A stretch of DNA of 56,443 bases, taken from positions 1 to 56,443 of IMG/VR virus record IMGVR_UViG_3300019884_000083; one strand, given 5' to 3'. Of this stretch, positions 1 to 9,992 are shown in pieces. The first letter of the stretch is position 1. Each line of letters begins with the position of its first letter. Origin of the DNA: a virus. Lineage: Duplodnaviria > Caudoviricetes. The notes beneath the pieces were generated by a model, which was given only the letters and a program-made list of their open reading frames with translations, made no database searches and had not been told where the DNA came from. A program made the translations under genes and the position numbers.

Positions 1-689
1 TTGATCCGCATCCAGATCAGGATAGCTGTATCCGTACGGCGCTTTACGAATCCGGCCAAACTTCCGCCTGTAGGCATGTTAATGTATGTGCCTGACGTAA
101 CAGTGGTAGTCCCCGTCAACGTCGCAGCAGAGGTAAATGCAGAGCTAAAGGGAACTACTGCAGCACCCTGAACAGATAGGGTGCCGGTTACAATCATGTT
201 ATCGTCGGTCTTCAGAGTGTCTGCTGCGCTACGATACAGGGTCGTGTCCGGAGCGGAACTACCCGCCCCCCAGCTCATTAATCCTGCTGCATCCTGGATG
301 AAACGCGGATTAGCTTCCACGGCAACAGTCGAGCGCCACAGCTGAGTCGTACCAGCCGTGGCTCGAATATTAAACCCTTCACCATTAGTGTCAGTGCTAG
401 CATTCAGCAAATAAGGACCGGTAGCTGTCCGAGCAATCAGCAACGGTAGCCAATCCGCTACCGAAGCACTCCAAACGTAGGCACGACGGGTATCCGTCTC
501 AAAGATTTCCCTACCATCCCAGCGATTTACGCCAACCGGCCTTGTCCCGGAAGTGCATATGTGAAAATTTATTGCAGCATCAACCTTATCGGCATTGTCA
601 TTGATATCGGCGGTGACATTGATGAGATCTCCAGTAGTTGGGTTAGGATCAGGCTTCCTAAGACCCAACCTGGTTGTTGTGGTTGCCAT
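1..689 (-). CDS. Tail fibre / minor tail protein, N-terminal part (runs off the left edge)
   Basis: ATG at 689 with AGGAG RBS overlapping the upstream stop. Translates MATTTTRLGLRKPDPNPTTGDLINVTADINDNADKVDAA..., a typical actinophage tail-fibre N-terminus. No stop before position 1. Confidence 0.8.
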   Translation of the reverse strand, partial: MATTTTRLGLRKPDPNPTTGDLINVTADINDNADKVDAAINFHICTSGTRPVGVNRWDGREIFETDTRRAYVWSASVADWLPLLIARTATGPYLLNASTDTNGEGFNIRATAGTTQLWRSTVAVEANPRFIQDAAGLMSWGAGSSAPDTTLYRSAADTLKTDDNMIVTGTLSVQGAAVVPFSSAFTSAATLTGTTTVTSGTYINMPTGGSLAGFVKRRTDTAILIWMRI

Positions 690-697
690 GATTCTCC

Positions 698-3442
698 TCA
701 GTAGGGGATGACGACTACAGTTTGGCCATAGAACGAAACGGTGCCGAGATTGGCCGAATAATACAGATTGAACCTGTAGTTTCCCGGGACATTCGGGAAT
801 ATACTTGGATCGTCAAGCAATATGGCATTTCCAATGTTGAAAGTCCCTGGTACATAAGGAATCTGTGCATTCGGTGTGTTCCCGCCTAGGGTTGCGCCCG
901 CCACCGGTCCGTTGCCTGCGAATAAGGTCACAGCCCCCGTCTTTAGGTCTATAACTTCTACACTAAGTCCGCCCCAGCGCCAATCATAGGTTCCCACCGG
1001 ATTGTCCAATGTATGGCTAATCTCGCTTCCCAACAACAGGATTGCTCGTTTAGAAGTTCCGATCCGTGAAGTTACACCTAGCCCGTTGGGATCTGGCTGC
1101 CAATATTCTCCAACCGAAGTGTCCATAACGAGCGATCCGGAAGTGCTCCGGACAGCTTCCGTCCCGAAGGCAAGCGTAGTCAAGGAAACCAGCGCTCCGG
1201 TCTCATCCACCGCCTCTAGGCCATATCCACCGCTGACAAGCTCTCCGGCCCGAATCTGCGCGTTGCCACTAGAGTCATCCACACGAAGGCCGTACTTACC
1301 ATCCGGGAGAAGACCCATCCTGACAATGATCCGCCCGAGCGCATCTTTTACCTGAAACGTCCCCTGGTCTATGCTGACGATACCTCCGGTGCCAACCTCA
1401 ATCATCGCGGCAAGAACCGAATTTGCTGTTATGGTACCAGCAGTAAGCTTCGAAACGCTTAGGCTTGCAATCTGCGAATTGGTAATTAGTGGCGCCGTCA
1501 CACTGGTTGCAGCTGAGGCAGATGACTTGTTACCTGCACGATCAACCGCTACCACCTTAACAAACACTTGTTCAATCTGCGGGATAGTAAAAGTTCCAAT
1601 CGCCGCAATACCTTTCGACATCATGCCGATGTTTGCGGCGAGTTCTCCAACTTGGTTTGTCTCGTCCGGATAGAAGCTCGCTGAACCGCCTACATAGACG
1701 TTAAGCCGGGTAAGGTCTGGCTCCAAGTTGTAAGTACCCCCGGAAGCTCTGCCGAGCGTGTGGGTGACCTGGATCGTCAAAGGCCCACCGGCAACGGATG
1801 AGGGAGCGGCAGGAGTGCTCGGAGCAAACAAGTCCCCCACAGTAGTCTGGAACGAACTGACAGAAAAGTTCCCGAAGTGGGGCGGATATGCAGCATCCAC
1901 AGCCCGAATCTGAAACTCATAAGTCACACCAGGAGTCAACTCCAGAATCGTAGCCTCATTTATGCCCCAAGGGAATTGCATATATATCCATTCAGGGCTC
2001 GCCGAAACAGCCTCGCTAAGCGGTGCGCCCCAACGGTTCGCGCTTAACTGCCCCCAACGATAGATGTTGTGTACCGCACCCCACATAACGCTGTATCCGA
2101 TGACTTCTGAGACTCTGTAGCGAATCTCGTAGTAAGCACCATCAATGATCACTGAGGCATCGGTATTGAGCGGAGTGGACCAGCTAACACGAACCGCAGA
2201 CTTTGTGGTGCTAATTTCTGAAGCCTGATAGTTCCCGAAAGACCAGGAGGCGAATGCAGGAGAATCCGGAATGGTCGTGTCCGCCCCGGGGGAGGGCGGA
2301 AGGCTAGGCCGGAAGCTGATCGGCTCTGATGTAGCGAGCGACCGGGAAAGATCTCCAACCACAATAGTCGTATCCCCAGTTTCGCCAGCATAGTACGGGC
2401 TGAGATCAATCCATACTCCATTGCTACGTCTAAAAGCTATCGTCCATCCAGGCGGAATTGGCCATGTCATTTCGGCGACACGGAGCGCCATCGGATTGAT
2501 CGGCTGGCCCTCCCAGTAGACCTCCCGCGTATCGTCAAAGAATCCAACATCAGGGTCCCATACGTTTACGTAATCCCCAACGGCGACATCACCTTTGATA
2601 TCATACACACTAGTTGAAAGCGATACACTAGCCCGTTCAAGGGAGAAATGATTAAGGAGGAGCTGTGCACGTTGGGCCGCATTATCCGCTGAGGTATCGC
2701 TCTCGCTCACCACGCGAACCATTCGGACGTCTCCGCCGTGGAGGTGATTGTATGGGTTAGCAACAATATCTGCATCGCCAACCGCTATCTGTTCGCCCTC
2801 GCCCTCGGCCAGAAGCACTAGACGAGTAGTGAAATCCTCTGCATCCCTTCCCATTTCCATCCGGCCCGGAAGGGCTCGCTGCCGAAGGTCAGCCCCTCCA
2901 GTACGGCGCAGGATAATCGCTCTTGGATCTGTCACGTACAGCTGCGAAATTGTCCCGGCATCCAGAGTGGCATCGTTGTTTACCCGATACTCAGCCCCGA
3001 AGATTTCCGTTACATAGTCCAGAGCCTGCCGTGGCGTCTGCCACTGATGCTCGCCGGTATAGGTCCCGGCCACAGAGTTGATCGTGCCAGCGATTACAGA
3101 GCCACCCGGAGGAAGGAGGGCTGCGACCGAGGCGGCAAAGGTATCCGCGCTTAGGCTAACCGCTGTCTCGAAGACATCCCCCTTCCCGTCCTCATCGCCT
3201 AGCCAGAACGTCATGCCTGAGCCGCGAAGGAAGAAATCATCACCAGCAGTGCGACTTCGGTACACCCCAACATATCTGGCCGCATCCAGCAAATTGTCCC
3301 CATACTCGGCCGGACTGAACTTGTTGGGGATTATCGCAATGTGCCCAAAATATTCCAGCTGATCCAGAACAGCTTTGGGGGTTTCGTTATGTAGACGTAT
3401 CTCCCATGATCCAAGCGCCTGCCTTACCTCTGTCACTGTCAT
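698..3442 (-). CDS. Minor tail protein (Tal/baseplate-hub-like) with fibronectin-III-like segments
   Basis: 914 aa, second gene after the tape measure. FN3-like motifs LTPGVTYEFQIRAVD and FVKVVAVDRAGNKSSAS. Confidence 0.8.
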   Translation of the reverse strand: MTVTEVRQALGSWEIRLHNETPKAVLDQLEYFGHIAIIPNKFSPAEYGDNLLDAARYVGVYRSRTAGDDFFLRGSGMTFWLGDEDGKGDVFETAVSLSADTFAASVAALLPPGGSVIAGTINSVAGTYTGEHQWQTPRQALDYVTEIFGAEYRVNNDATLDAGTISQLYVTDPRAIILRRTGGADLRQRALPGRMEMGRDAEDFTTRLVLLAEGEGEQIAVGDADIVANPYNHLHGGDVRMVRVVSESDTSADNAAQRAQLLLNHFSLERASVSLSTSVYDIKGDVAVGDYVNVWDPDVGFFDDTREVYWEGQPINPMALRVAEMTWPIPPGWTIAFRRSNGVWIDLSPYYAGETGDTTIVVGDLSRSLATSEPISFRPSLPPSPGADTTIPDSPAFASWSFGNYQASEISTTKSAVRVSWSTPLNTDASVIIDGAYYEIRYRVSEVIGYSVMWGAVHNIYRWGQLSANRWGAPLSEAVSASPEWIYMQFPWGINEATILELTPGVTYEFQIRAVDAAYPPHFGNFSVSSFQTTVGDLFAPSTPAAPSSVAGGPLTIQVTHTLGRASGGTYNLEPDLTRLNVYVGGSASFYPDETNQVGELAANIGMMSKGIAAIGTFTIPQIEQVFVKVVAVDRAGNKSSASAATSVTAPLITNSQIASLSVSKLTAGTITANSVLAAMIEVGTGGIVSIDQGTFQVKDALGRIIVRMGLLPDGKYGLRVDDSSGNAQIRAGELVSGGYGLEAVDETGALVSLTTLAFGTEAVRSTSGSLVMDTSVGEYWQPDPNGLGVTSRIGTSKRAILLLGSEISHTLDNPVGTYDWRWGGLSVEVIDLKTGAVTLFAGNGPVAGATLGGNTPNAQIPYVPGTFNIGNAILLDDPSIFPNVPGNYRFNLYYSANLGTVSFYGQTVVVIPY

Positions 3443-4650
3443 CTATGCACCACCGTTGTCATCTCGGATACCGAACCAATGTACTGATCTCGCAGCACCG
3501 TTGCTGTATCACCAACACCGGCCGCGCCTCCTCCCACAACAGACCCTATGTAAACATCCAGCCCGGTCACCGCTGCCTTTGAGATCCCTCGGTTCGTAGT
3601 GTAGGTGACGGTCTTACTCGACCCAACAATGAAACGATTTCCATCAGCGTCATCCCCAGACGCTGCAACGTATCCCGTTGCAGTTTGATCGGAAGCTGTC
3701 TCTACAGTCTCGAGATAAGCGCCAAGCGTGGTTGAGACATCGGCCTGCACATAGACCTCGACCAGTCTCGCACCACGTCGGAGCGTCAGGTCGACATAGG
3801 TTCTACCGGGAGAGGCATTCCGCAGCAGACGTATCGTACAAAGCTCAGGGTCATTCCGGATCACCGACATTTGGTCAAAGATACCCAGAGAAGTTGTTGC
3901 TCCGCCTCTGGCGATGTGCCAGGCTTTCGCCTCCCACACCGTCCCGCCCCAAGAGGCGATAGACAGCATACCGTTAGCGGCCAACGGCGTCACACGCACA
4001 AGCCCGTTACTCAGCTCCCAACCGGTCGCGCTCGCCCTGAGTAGGGTGCCGTTACGTTCGAACCCGTCCGTCAGGATGCGTACTCTTCCACCGGCATATG
4101 AACTTACGGCGCAACCCCAACGCGGATTGATGTTCGGAGGGATAACCCGGTATATCGAAATGTTTCCGTCCTGAGACGTCCGTGTCATCGTGGAGCTAGG
4201 AATCGTGGACCCGGTGAAGTATGCATAATGCCCAATAGGTGGGGCATGCCAACGCTCACCAGTAAGCACGAAATTGTTGGAACGAATAGCAAAGCCTAGT
4301 CGACTCTCCAGGTCCACCGAGCTATCAGGACCAAACTTCTCCAGAATGAAACTACAGGCAATGTTTCGTATTTCACCAGGCCACTCGAGGAGTTCCGCCC
4401 CAACGTCCTTGACTTGGTAGTATCCATTCTGGTCTGTCTTATTCTGAAATATCACCGGAACTATCTGATCAGCTAACCCCAGGATGTCCTCTTGCGCTCG
4501 GCGCACCGCCGCGTCATCGTGTCCTTGCCATCCGACATAGTCCTGAACATCTATTTGAATCGTACGTTGTTTGGTTCCTGCATTGTTTTGCTCCGAAAGG
4601 GTGTATCGCTCGCTCAGGTACACCCTGCCCACTCGGGCCACGCCCCACAT
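3439..4650 (-). CDS. Minor tail protein (distal-tail position)
   Basis: 403 aa beta-rich protein directly after the tape measure, with overlapping start/stop at both ends. Confidence 0.75.
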   Translation of the reverse strand: MWGVARVGRVYLSERYTLSEQNNAGTKQRTIQIDVQDYVGWQGHDDAAVRRAQEDILGLADQIVPVIFQNKTDQNGYYQVKDVGAELLEWPGEIRNIACSFILEKFGPDSSVDLESRLGFAIRSNNFVLTGERWHAPPIGHYAYFTGSTIPSSTMTRTSQDGNISIYRVIPPNINPRWGCAVSSYAGGRVRILTDGFERNGTLLRASATGWELSNGLVRVTPLAANGMLSIASWGGTVWEAKAWHIARGGATTSLGIFDQMSVIRNDPELCTIRLLRNASPGRTYVDLTLRRGARLVEVYVQADVSTTLGAYLETVETASDQTATGYVAASGDDADGNRFIVGSSKTVTYTTNRGISKAAVTGLDVYIGSVVGGGAAGVGDTATVLRDQYIGSVSEMTTVVHR

Positions 4651-6914
4651 CAGCGATATCCCTTCTCATAGCGGTCCAACTCATTGTGAAGCCTAGCAAC
4701 AAAAGTCCTTGGCACGCTTGGGTCGGCCATATCCCATGTGCCGGTGATGTTTAGGTTCTGAATTGTTACTGCACTGTTGTTCCCAGCCTGTGCGGCTGCT
4801 GCGCTCGGTATCGCAACATTAATCGGTGCAATTCCGGCCTGCGCGGTGCTGACGCTTGTTGCGGCGTTTACCGGAAGCGATCCCACAGCCCCGGTCATCA
4901 TAGACTTCATAGCTTCACGGACTATCCTTGCCTTTCCGAGGATTCCAGACGCGAAGTCATCCACTAGGCGCTGCCCGCGCTTGAGGACATAGCCCTTACC
5001 GGACAACGGACCCTCTTCAGCCGGAGATCCCGGCATGAATCGGCCGATAGCGTTCACGAGTTGCCCGGCCGCATTCTTCACCTTTTGAATCATCGACAGG
5101 ATTCCGTCTATCAAGCCCTGCACAACGTCACGGCCCTTGTTGTATAGCAGAGCCCCAAGGTTCCCAAGCGCCTCATTGATTTTCCCGGGTATCTGCTTGA
5201 CGAAATTCACAGCTTCGGTCAGCCGTGATACCACTGCCTCTTTCATACGATTGAAGAAATTGGATACCATATCCACAATTGCTTTGATGAACTCAACATG
5301 GTTCTTTATCTGCTGAATGGCCCACTGTACGACGGCAACAATACCCTTCCAGACCAATTCTCCAACCATCAGCCAGAACTTGAAATAACCGACGATTAGA
5401 TCAATGAAGAATTTCACAATAGCCCAAAGCTGATCCCAGGCAGCCTTCAGCGAAGGAACAATTTTGTTCATGAACCAATCAGCAACTGCCGCTGCCGCCT
5501 TCTTGATCCAGCCCCACGCCGCCGCCCAAAGGTCTTGGAACCATGTAGTTTTGGTGGCGATTAGTATGATGATCCCGATAAGAATGATGATTGCCGTAAT
5601 GATTAGGCCGATCGGCGACGCAATGAAGGCAAGATTCAGCAGGCGCCAGACGACAATGAAAGCCTTGATAAAGTTGACGATTTTGATGATTGCTGCCATT
5701 GCTATCAGCACGGTAGAGGTCACCAAGGCAATGGTAACTATCGTAGATTTGGTGCTATCGCTCAGCCCGTTGAACCAGTTCGCTGCAGACTCAAGGGCTC
5801 TCGCAATTTTGGTGATGAACGGAAGGAGGATTGTGCCCAGGCTAATAGCCAGCGTTTCGGCCGAGCCCTTCAGCTTCTCAATAGCTCCAGCGGTATTGTC
5901 AAGACGAGCCGCAGCTACATCTGCCGCCGAAGTCTTCTGCATCGCTGCAGCCATCTCGTTAAAGCCCTCAGCGCCGGACTTCGTCAGGACTGCCGCCGCG
6001 CGGATGGCGTCCGACCCGAAGATAGTCTCCAGGGTCAGCTGCTTCTGCTCAGCGGTCATGCCCTTCGTTGCATTTTGTAGAATCCCCGAGATTTCAGCGA
6101 GCCCCTTAACATTCCCCTGCATATCAAAGAAAGCGCTGCTGCCGGACTTAGTCAAAAGCCCCAGCTCTTTGAAGAGAGCCCGTTGCTTGTCGGTGACCGG
6201 AATTAGGTTTGAGAGCATTGTCTTCAGCGACGTTCCTGCATCGCTTCCCTTGATGCCCTGTTGGCCCAGAAGGGCAATGGCCGTTGCGGTATCCTGGAAT
6301 GAAAGCCCGGCCAGATTAGCCACCGCGCCAACCTGCTTCAGGGACTGACCGAAGTCGCCCATTGAGATCGACGAGGAGTTGGCCGCTCCAGCGATTAGGT
6401 CTGCCACTCGAGGCAGGTCCTTAGCCGTGAGGCTGAACGCATTCATCGCGTCAGCAGCCAGCTCGGCAGCAGCCGGTAGCTCAACCCCACCCGCAGCCGC
6501 GAGGGACACAGTAGCGTCTGCCGCACCGGACATGATGTCCGTTACTGAGACGCCTGCTTTCGCAAGCTCCTCCATGGCCAGAGCGGCCTGCGTGGCACTA
6601 AAGCTCGTGTCCTTGCCTATCTGAAGCGCCTTCTGCCGCAGCAACTCCAATTCCGCCTTGGTGGCGCCGGAAACAGCTCCGATGGCACTGATCTGCTTTT
6701 CGAAGTCGATAGCAGTCTTAGCAGCTAAGCCAAGGCCAGCAGCGATCACCACCCCGGCTAGCGCCATCTTGTCGCCTGCCTGAGAGAAGCCTTGCGCTGC
6801 GCTGCGAGCCTTCCCTTCCGTACGCTCAAAGTCGTCAGCAGCAATCTTCAGGCCCTTGTCATCGTAATCAATGACAACGCGACCCTTGGCCGTGCCTAGA
6901 CTGTATTCAGCCAT
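4650..6914 (-). CDS. Tape measure protein (TP901-type core)
   Basis: 754 aa, Ala/Gly-rich. Motifs FSATQAALAMEELAKAG, GIKGSDAGTSLKTML and IFGSDAIRAA, plus a hydrophobic segment and Trp-periodic repeats. Confidence 0.95.
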   Translation of the reverse strand: MAEYSLGTAKGRVVIDYDDKGLKIAADDFERTEGKARSAAQGFSQAGDKMALAGVVIAAGLGLAAKTAIDFEKQISAIGAVSGATKAELELLRQKALQIGKDTSFSATQAALAMEELAKAGVSVTDIMSGAADATVSLAAAGGVELPAAAELAADAMNAFSLTAKDLPRVADLIAGAANSSSISMGDFGQSLKQVGAVANLAGLSFQDTATAIALLGQQGIKGSDAGTSLKTMLSNLIPVTDKQRALFKELGLLTKSGSSAFFDMQGNVKGLAEISGILQNATKGMTAEQKQLTLETIFGSDAIRAAAVLTKSGAEGFNEMAAAMQKTSAADVAAARLDNTAGAIEKLKGSAETLAISLGTILLPFITKIARALESAANWFNGLSDSTKSTIVTIALVTSTVLIAMAAIIKIVNFIKAFIVVWRLLNLAFIASPIGLIITAIIILIGIIILIATKTTWFQDLWAAAWGWIKKAAAAVADWFMNKIVPSLKAAWDQLWAIVKFFIDLIVGYFKFWLMVGELVWKGIVAVVQWAIQQIKNHVEFIKAIVDMVSNFFNRMKEAVVSRLTEAVNFVKQIPGKINEALGNLGALLYNKGRDVVQGLIDGILSMIQKVKNAAGQLVNAIGRFMPGSPAEEGPLSGKGYVLKRGQRLVDDFASGILGKARIVREAMKSMMTGAVGSLPVNAATSVSTAQAGIAPINVAIPSAAAAQAGNNSAVTIQNLNITGTWDMADPSVPRTFVARLHNELDRYEKGYR

Positions 6915-6921
6915 CTAAGGC

Positions 6922-7185
6922 TCACCTCCCTGGACCGGCAAAATCCCCTGCCCCTAGATACTTCTGGAAGACCATGTTACGTCTCATCGTCTTTGCCTTG
7001 GCGCTCTTGCCTCTTGCCTCCGCCTTCTCCAATTCATTCTCAAGATGGAGGCCAAAGATTGCGACCGCTCGATTGAAGTAATAGGCAGCTGGCTGCTCGT
7101 CGATCCCATACAGTTGGCTCGGAAGACAACCGTAGGTCTTAGCTAGCTGAAAAGCCGCCCAACAATTCTTGGGATTGCTGACGAA
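6922..7185 (-). CDS. Tail assembly chaperone, frameshift extension (gpGT-like)
   Basis: Open +1 frame with no upstream start of its own: FVSNPKNCWAAFQLAKTYGCLPSQLYGIDEQPAAYYFNRAVAIFGLHLENELEKAE...GPGR*. It begins at the TTT-CGT site 7186-7181 and stops at 6924-6922. Confidence 0.8.
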   Translation of the reverse strand, partial: FVSNPKNCWAAFQLAKTYGCLPSQLYGIDEQPAAYYFNRAVAIFGLHLENELEKAEARGKSAKAKTMRRNMVFQKYLGAGDFAGPGR

Positions 7186-7714
7186 AGCTTTTGAGGTCTG
7201 CCGTACCGCCTATCGACCATTGGAAGATGAACATCTTATCTTCCAGATCGACCATATCGGCGTATACAAGACCGACTTTGCGCGGCTTGTATACAGGCAC
7301 CCGGACTTCCTTGCCCCCCGGGGTCATCTTGGTCTCGAAGACCGGCCTTCCAGATTCCTTATCCAGCAAGGGTTCGTCCAGCCAAACCTTGGGGTCCTGA
7401 ACCACATGTGCAATGCAGCGGTCAACCATTTCCAGTCCCTGCATCAGCTTTTCAGGATCGACAGAAAGCGCCTGGACAGCTTCGGCCATCCTGCGCGGGT
7501 CCTTGGAATCGATATGCTCTGTCTGCACAAGACCGGTCAGCTGATCCATAGAATCCAATAGCCCGGCCTTAATCAGGCCCTGGGCACCCGGACGGATCGC
7601 CAGACAGGTGTTTCCGCTTGGCAATTCAATCTCAAAGCTCTTTGAGGTCAAGCCAAGTCCATAAGTCGGCTTGGACGCAGCCTTGGCTGCGGTCTTCCTA
7701 GTTGTCCCTGGCAT
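7139..7714 (-). CDS. Tail assembly chaperone (gpG-like)
   Basis: 191 aa between the major tail and tape measure genes. IELPSGNTC...RPG and DLEDKMFIFQW motifs. Confidence 0.85.
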   Translation of the reverse strand: MPGTTRKTAAKAASKPTYGLGLTSKSFEIELPSGNTCLAIRPGAQGLIKAGLLDSMDQLTGLVQTEHIDSKDPRRMAEAVQALSVDPEKLMQGLEMVDRCIAHVVQDPKVWLDEPLLDKESGRPVFETKMTPGGKEVRVPVYKPRKVGLVYADMVDLEDKMFIFQWSIGGTADLKSFRQQSQELLGGFSAS

Positions 7715-7741
7715 CCTAGTGCTCCTTTGGGTTGTTTTTAC

Positions 7742-8101
7742 TTAACTGACACGGAAAATTGTAGCCAACGATGCTGCGTTGGTCATATTGGCACTGTAGG
7801 TCCAGACGATGTTGCCGGAGCTGTTCCGGAAACGAGCCGCGTCAAGCACTAACTCACGAACCTCACCGGCCGGGACAGCTATGGTAACGTCCGGGTTGAA
7901 TGCCGTTGCCCCCGTTGGGGTAACGGCTGTAGGATCATCGACTACGATATTGGCAGGGGTGGCAGATCCGTTATTGAACCGCACCAGATAGCGGGCATTG
8001 AACTCCGCAGCGAACTGATCCCCGGCCGCCGTAATAACGTTGGTGGTAGGTGCCGCCGACGGGTTGACCACCGGCGTGTTGATATTGGTAAAGATCGCCA
8101 T
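7742..8101 (-). CDS. Small beta-rich virion protein, paralogue of 12676..13014
   Basis: 119 aa after the major tail gene with GGAGG RBS. Shares GD-x8-YLVRxNNG-x3-P-x5-D/N-DP with 12676..13014. Confidence 0.6.
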   Translation of the reverse strand: MAIFTNINTPVVNPSAAPTTNVITAAGDQFAAEFNARYLVRFNNGSATPANIVVDDPTAVTPTGATAFNPDVTIAVPAGEVRELVLDAARFRNSSGNIVWTYSANMTNAASLATIFRVS

Positions 8102-8113
8102 TGTTCAACCTCC

Positions 8114-8677
8114 TTACGGGAGTGGAGTTTCGGTTTCGTTCTGAACCCATTGCCAGATACGATTCAACGTGGTAGCCTCATTGCTCTTGTAGCCGAGGCC
8201 GGATGCGCCTGTCAGGAAGAACTGGCCATCGGCCATCTCGCCCTCCAGGTTGTCGGTCGCCTTCGCCCGATAGATCACGCACCAGAAGTCTCCACCGCTG
8301 TCACTGATCGACCGGCCCATGATCTTGAAATATGGGCGATTCGATTGCGCTGCAGTAGTTCCTACATACTTGGTGAGAGTCTTGATTTGGTTCGGAGCCA
8401 CGCCAGTAGTCTGAACCACGCCACCGTACATAGTGGCCACGGCCTCGAAGCTGACGCCTCCGCCCTCTAGCTCCCACTCAACGTTGGCTCCGGCGCCATG
8501 AGAAGCGACCAACGAGTCATCGCCACGCAAGTCTTCGAACTCCTCAGCCTCCGTAAAGCTCAATGTCCGAGCATTCGGAAGCTTCAGCGGCGATCCAAGG
8601 ATGGTCGCAGCCGCATCGGTATACGGAGTCAGCTTGATCTCACGCAGGCCGAACGGAAGCGCTGTAGGCATTGTCAT
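8114..8677 (-). CDS. Major tail protein
   Basis: 187 aa with LPFGLREIKLTPY, LSFTEAEEFEDLRGDD and RPYFKIMGRSISDSGGD. Position fits, GGAGG RBS. Confidence 0.85.
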   Translation of the reverse strand: MTMPTALPFGLREIKLTPYTDAAATILGSPLKLPNARTLSFTEAEEFEDLRGDDSLVASHGAGANVEWELEGGGVSFEAVATMYGGVVQTTGVAPNQIKTLTKYVGTTAAQSNRPYFKIMGRSISDSGGDFWCVIYRAKATDNLEGEMADGQFFLTGASGLGYKSNEATTLNRIWQWVQNETETPLP

Positions 8678-8879
8678 TTTCTTGCACCTCCCTAGTTACT
8701 TGTACCGGCACCGGATCACGGAACCGCTTTGTATTCAGCAATGCTCCTGTAAAGGCATCGAAGCGATGCAGGACCACAACTCCAGGTGCAGCGCCACAGA
8801 ATTTGGACGGACACTTAACCTCCAGCATTCCATCCTCAGTAAGCTCGCCAAACTTCTTCGACTCACACCTGAGTTCCAT
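8640..8879 (-). CDS. Small Cys/His (zinc-ribbon-like) hypothetical protein
   Basis: MELRC...EVKCPSKFCG...LHRF. Starts just after the previous stop and overlaps the major tail start. Confidence 0.6.
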   Translation of the reverse strand: MELRCESKKFGELTEDGMLEVKCPSKFCGAAPGVVVLHRFDAFTGALLNTKRFRDPVPVQVTREVQENDNAYSASVRPA

Positions 8880-8881
8880 AG

Positions 8882-9163
8882 CTACTCCGTCACCAGGCGC
8901 AGCCTCGGATCAGCCAAGATGTACAGGCTGAACTGTTGCTCTGTAAGAAAATCGAACACTTCACGTGGCACACGGAAGTTGTTTCCGGAATACCAATGCA
9001 CGAGCTTTCCGTCCTCGACATTCAGCTTTTCCCAGTCCAGAACAGTGATTGTTCGAACCTCGAAGTGATGCGCATCTGCATACTCCACGTACTCCACATG
9101 AGTCGGGACATCCTTCTCCGCCGCTTCGAGGGTTTCCTCTACTGGCTTTGCTCTCGCCATCAT
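8882..9163 (-). CDS. Hypothetical protein (head-tail region)
   Basis: 93 aa ORF with GAGG RBS in a tightly packed operon. Confidence 0.65.
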   Translation of the reverse strand: MMARAKPVEETLEAAEKDVPTHVEYVEYADAHHFEVRTITVLDWEKLNVEDGKLVHWYSGNNFRVPREVFDFLTEQQFSLYILADPRLRLVTE

Positions 9164-9172
9164 TGCCTCTTC

Positions 9173-9598
9173 TCATAATCCGCTAGCTACGATGGTAGTG
9201 TCCCAACTACGGGTCACTGCAGCATACGCAGAATCAAACAAGTCGTCCGAGGTATTCCCTTGCTCTAGCTGAGTTATCCAGCCGTTCGCCGAATATTGCA
9301 CGCCCTTGATAGGATACAGGATTTCCTTGCAGCGTTGGAGAATAAGGTCCACGTGTGTATAGTCCCGCTCCCGGTCATAAGCCCATATGAACAGTGGCCG
9401 ACGTCTCGATGTGGTATCCCGCCCTGGGGGCGGATCTTCAATCGACCAGCGAAGGATCACCCAGCGCTGCAGGTTCGCAGCTGGAGAGTCCGGCGCGTAC
9501 GTTCCGAAAAGAGAGGCAGCGTCAATCCCGTAACTGTTAAGGATCGGATCTACCCGCAGAGTTTCCCAGATATACTGCCGAAGATTGGCATATAGCAC
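9173..9598 (-). CDS. Tail terminator-like protein
   Basis: 141 aa with WVILRW...IWAYDRERDYTHVDLIL...SDDLFD. Synteny after the gp10-like gene. Confidence 0.7.
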   Translation of the reverse strand: MLYANLRQYIWETLRVDPILNSYGIDAASLFGTYAPDSPAANLQRWVILRWSIEDPPPGRDTTSRRRPLFIWAYDRERDYTHVDLILQRCKEILYPIKGVQYSANGWITQLEQGNTSDDLFDSAYAAVTRSWDTTIVASGL

Positions 9599-9617
9599 AG
9601 CCCTTACCCCCTCTCCA

Positions 9618-9992
9618 TCAGAGATGGCCCAGTCGAGCGAACAGCTTGTTCAGCGTTTGCATGACTTTCGGACCATACGCAATAAGGGTCGGGAACACGA
9701 TTGCGTACCGTCCCGCCCAGCGGATCTCAAGCCAGATCCCATAGGGTACACGATGTCCCAGCTCGATCCAATGCCGCTTGCCGGGCTCGTGACCGGCTGT
9801 AGCGAACAATCCACTACGTGCATTACCGGTCCGATCAGTCCAAGGCGCGGCAATCTTCATGTGCTCCTCTATCCGAGAATCCCAGTACTCAACAACCCCG
9901 GCCACACCCCGGTCAGTCCTCGCATCAAGCTCCTTTATGTTGCGTAGCAACGGCGTCATATCCAGCTCGAAGCTGAAGTCATTTTTCGCCAT
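9618..9992 (-). CDS. HK97 gp10-like neck/tail-completion protein
   Basis: Probable start MAKNDF at 9992. Motif APWTDRTGNARSGL...HRVPYGIWLEIRWAGRYAI. Confidence 0.75.
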   Translation of the reverse strand: MAKNDFSFELDMTPLLRNIKELDARTDRGVAGVVEYWDSRIEEHMKIAAPWTDRTGNARSGLFATAGHEPGKRHWIELGHRVPYGIWLEIRWAGRYAIVFPTLIAYGPKVMQTLNKLFARLGHL

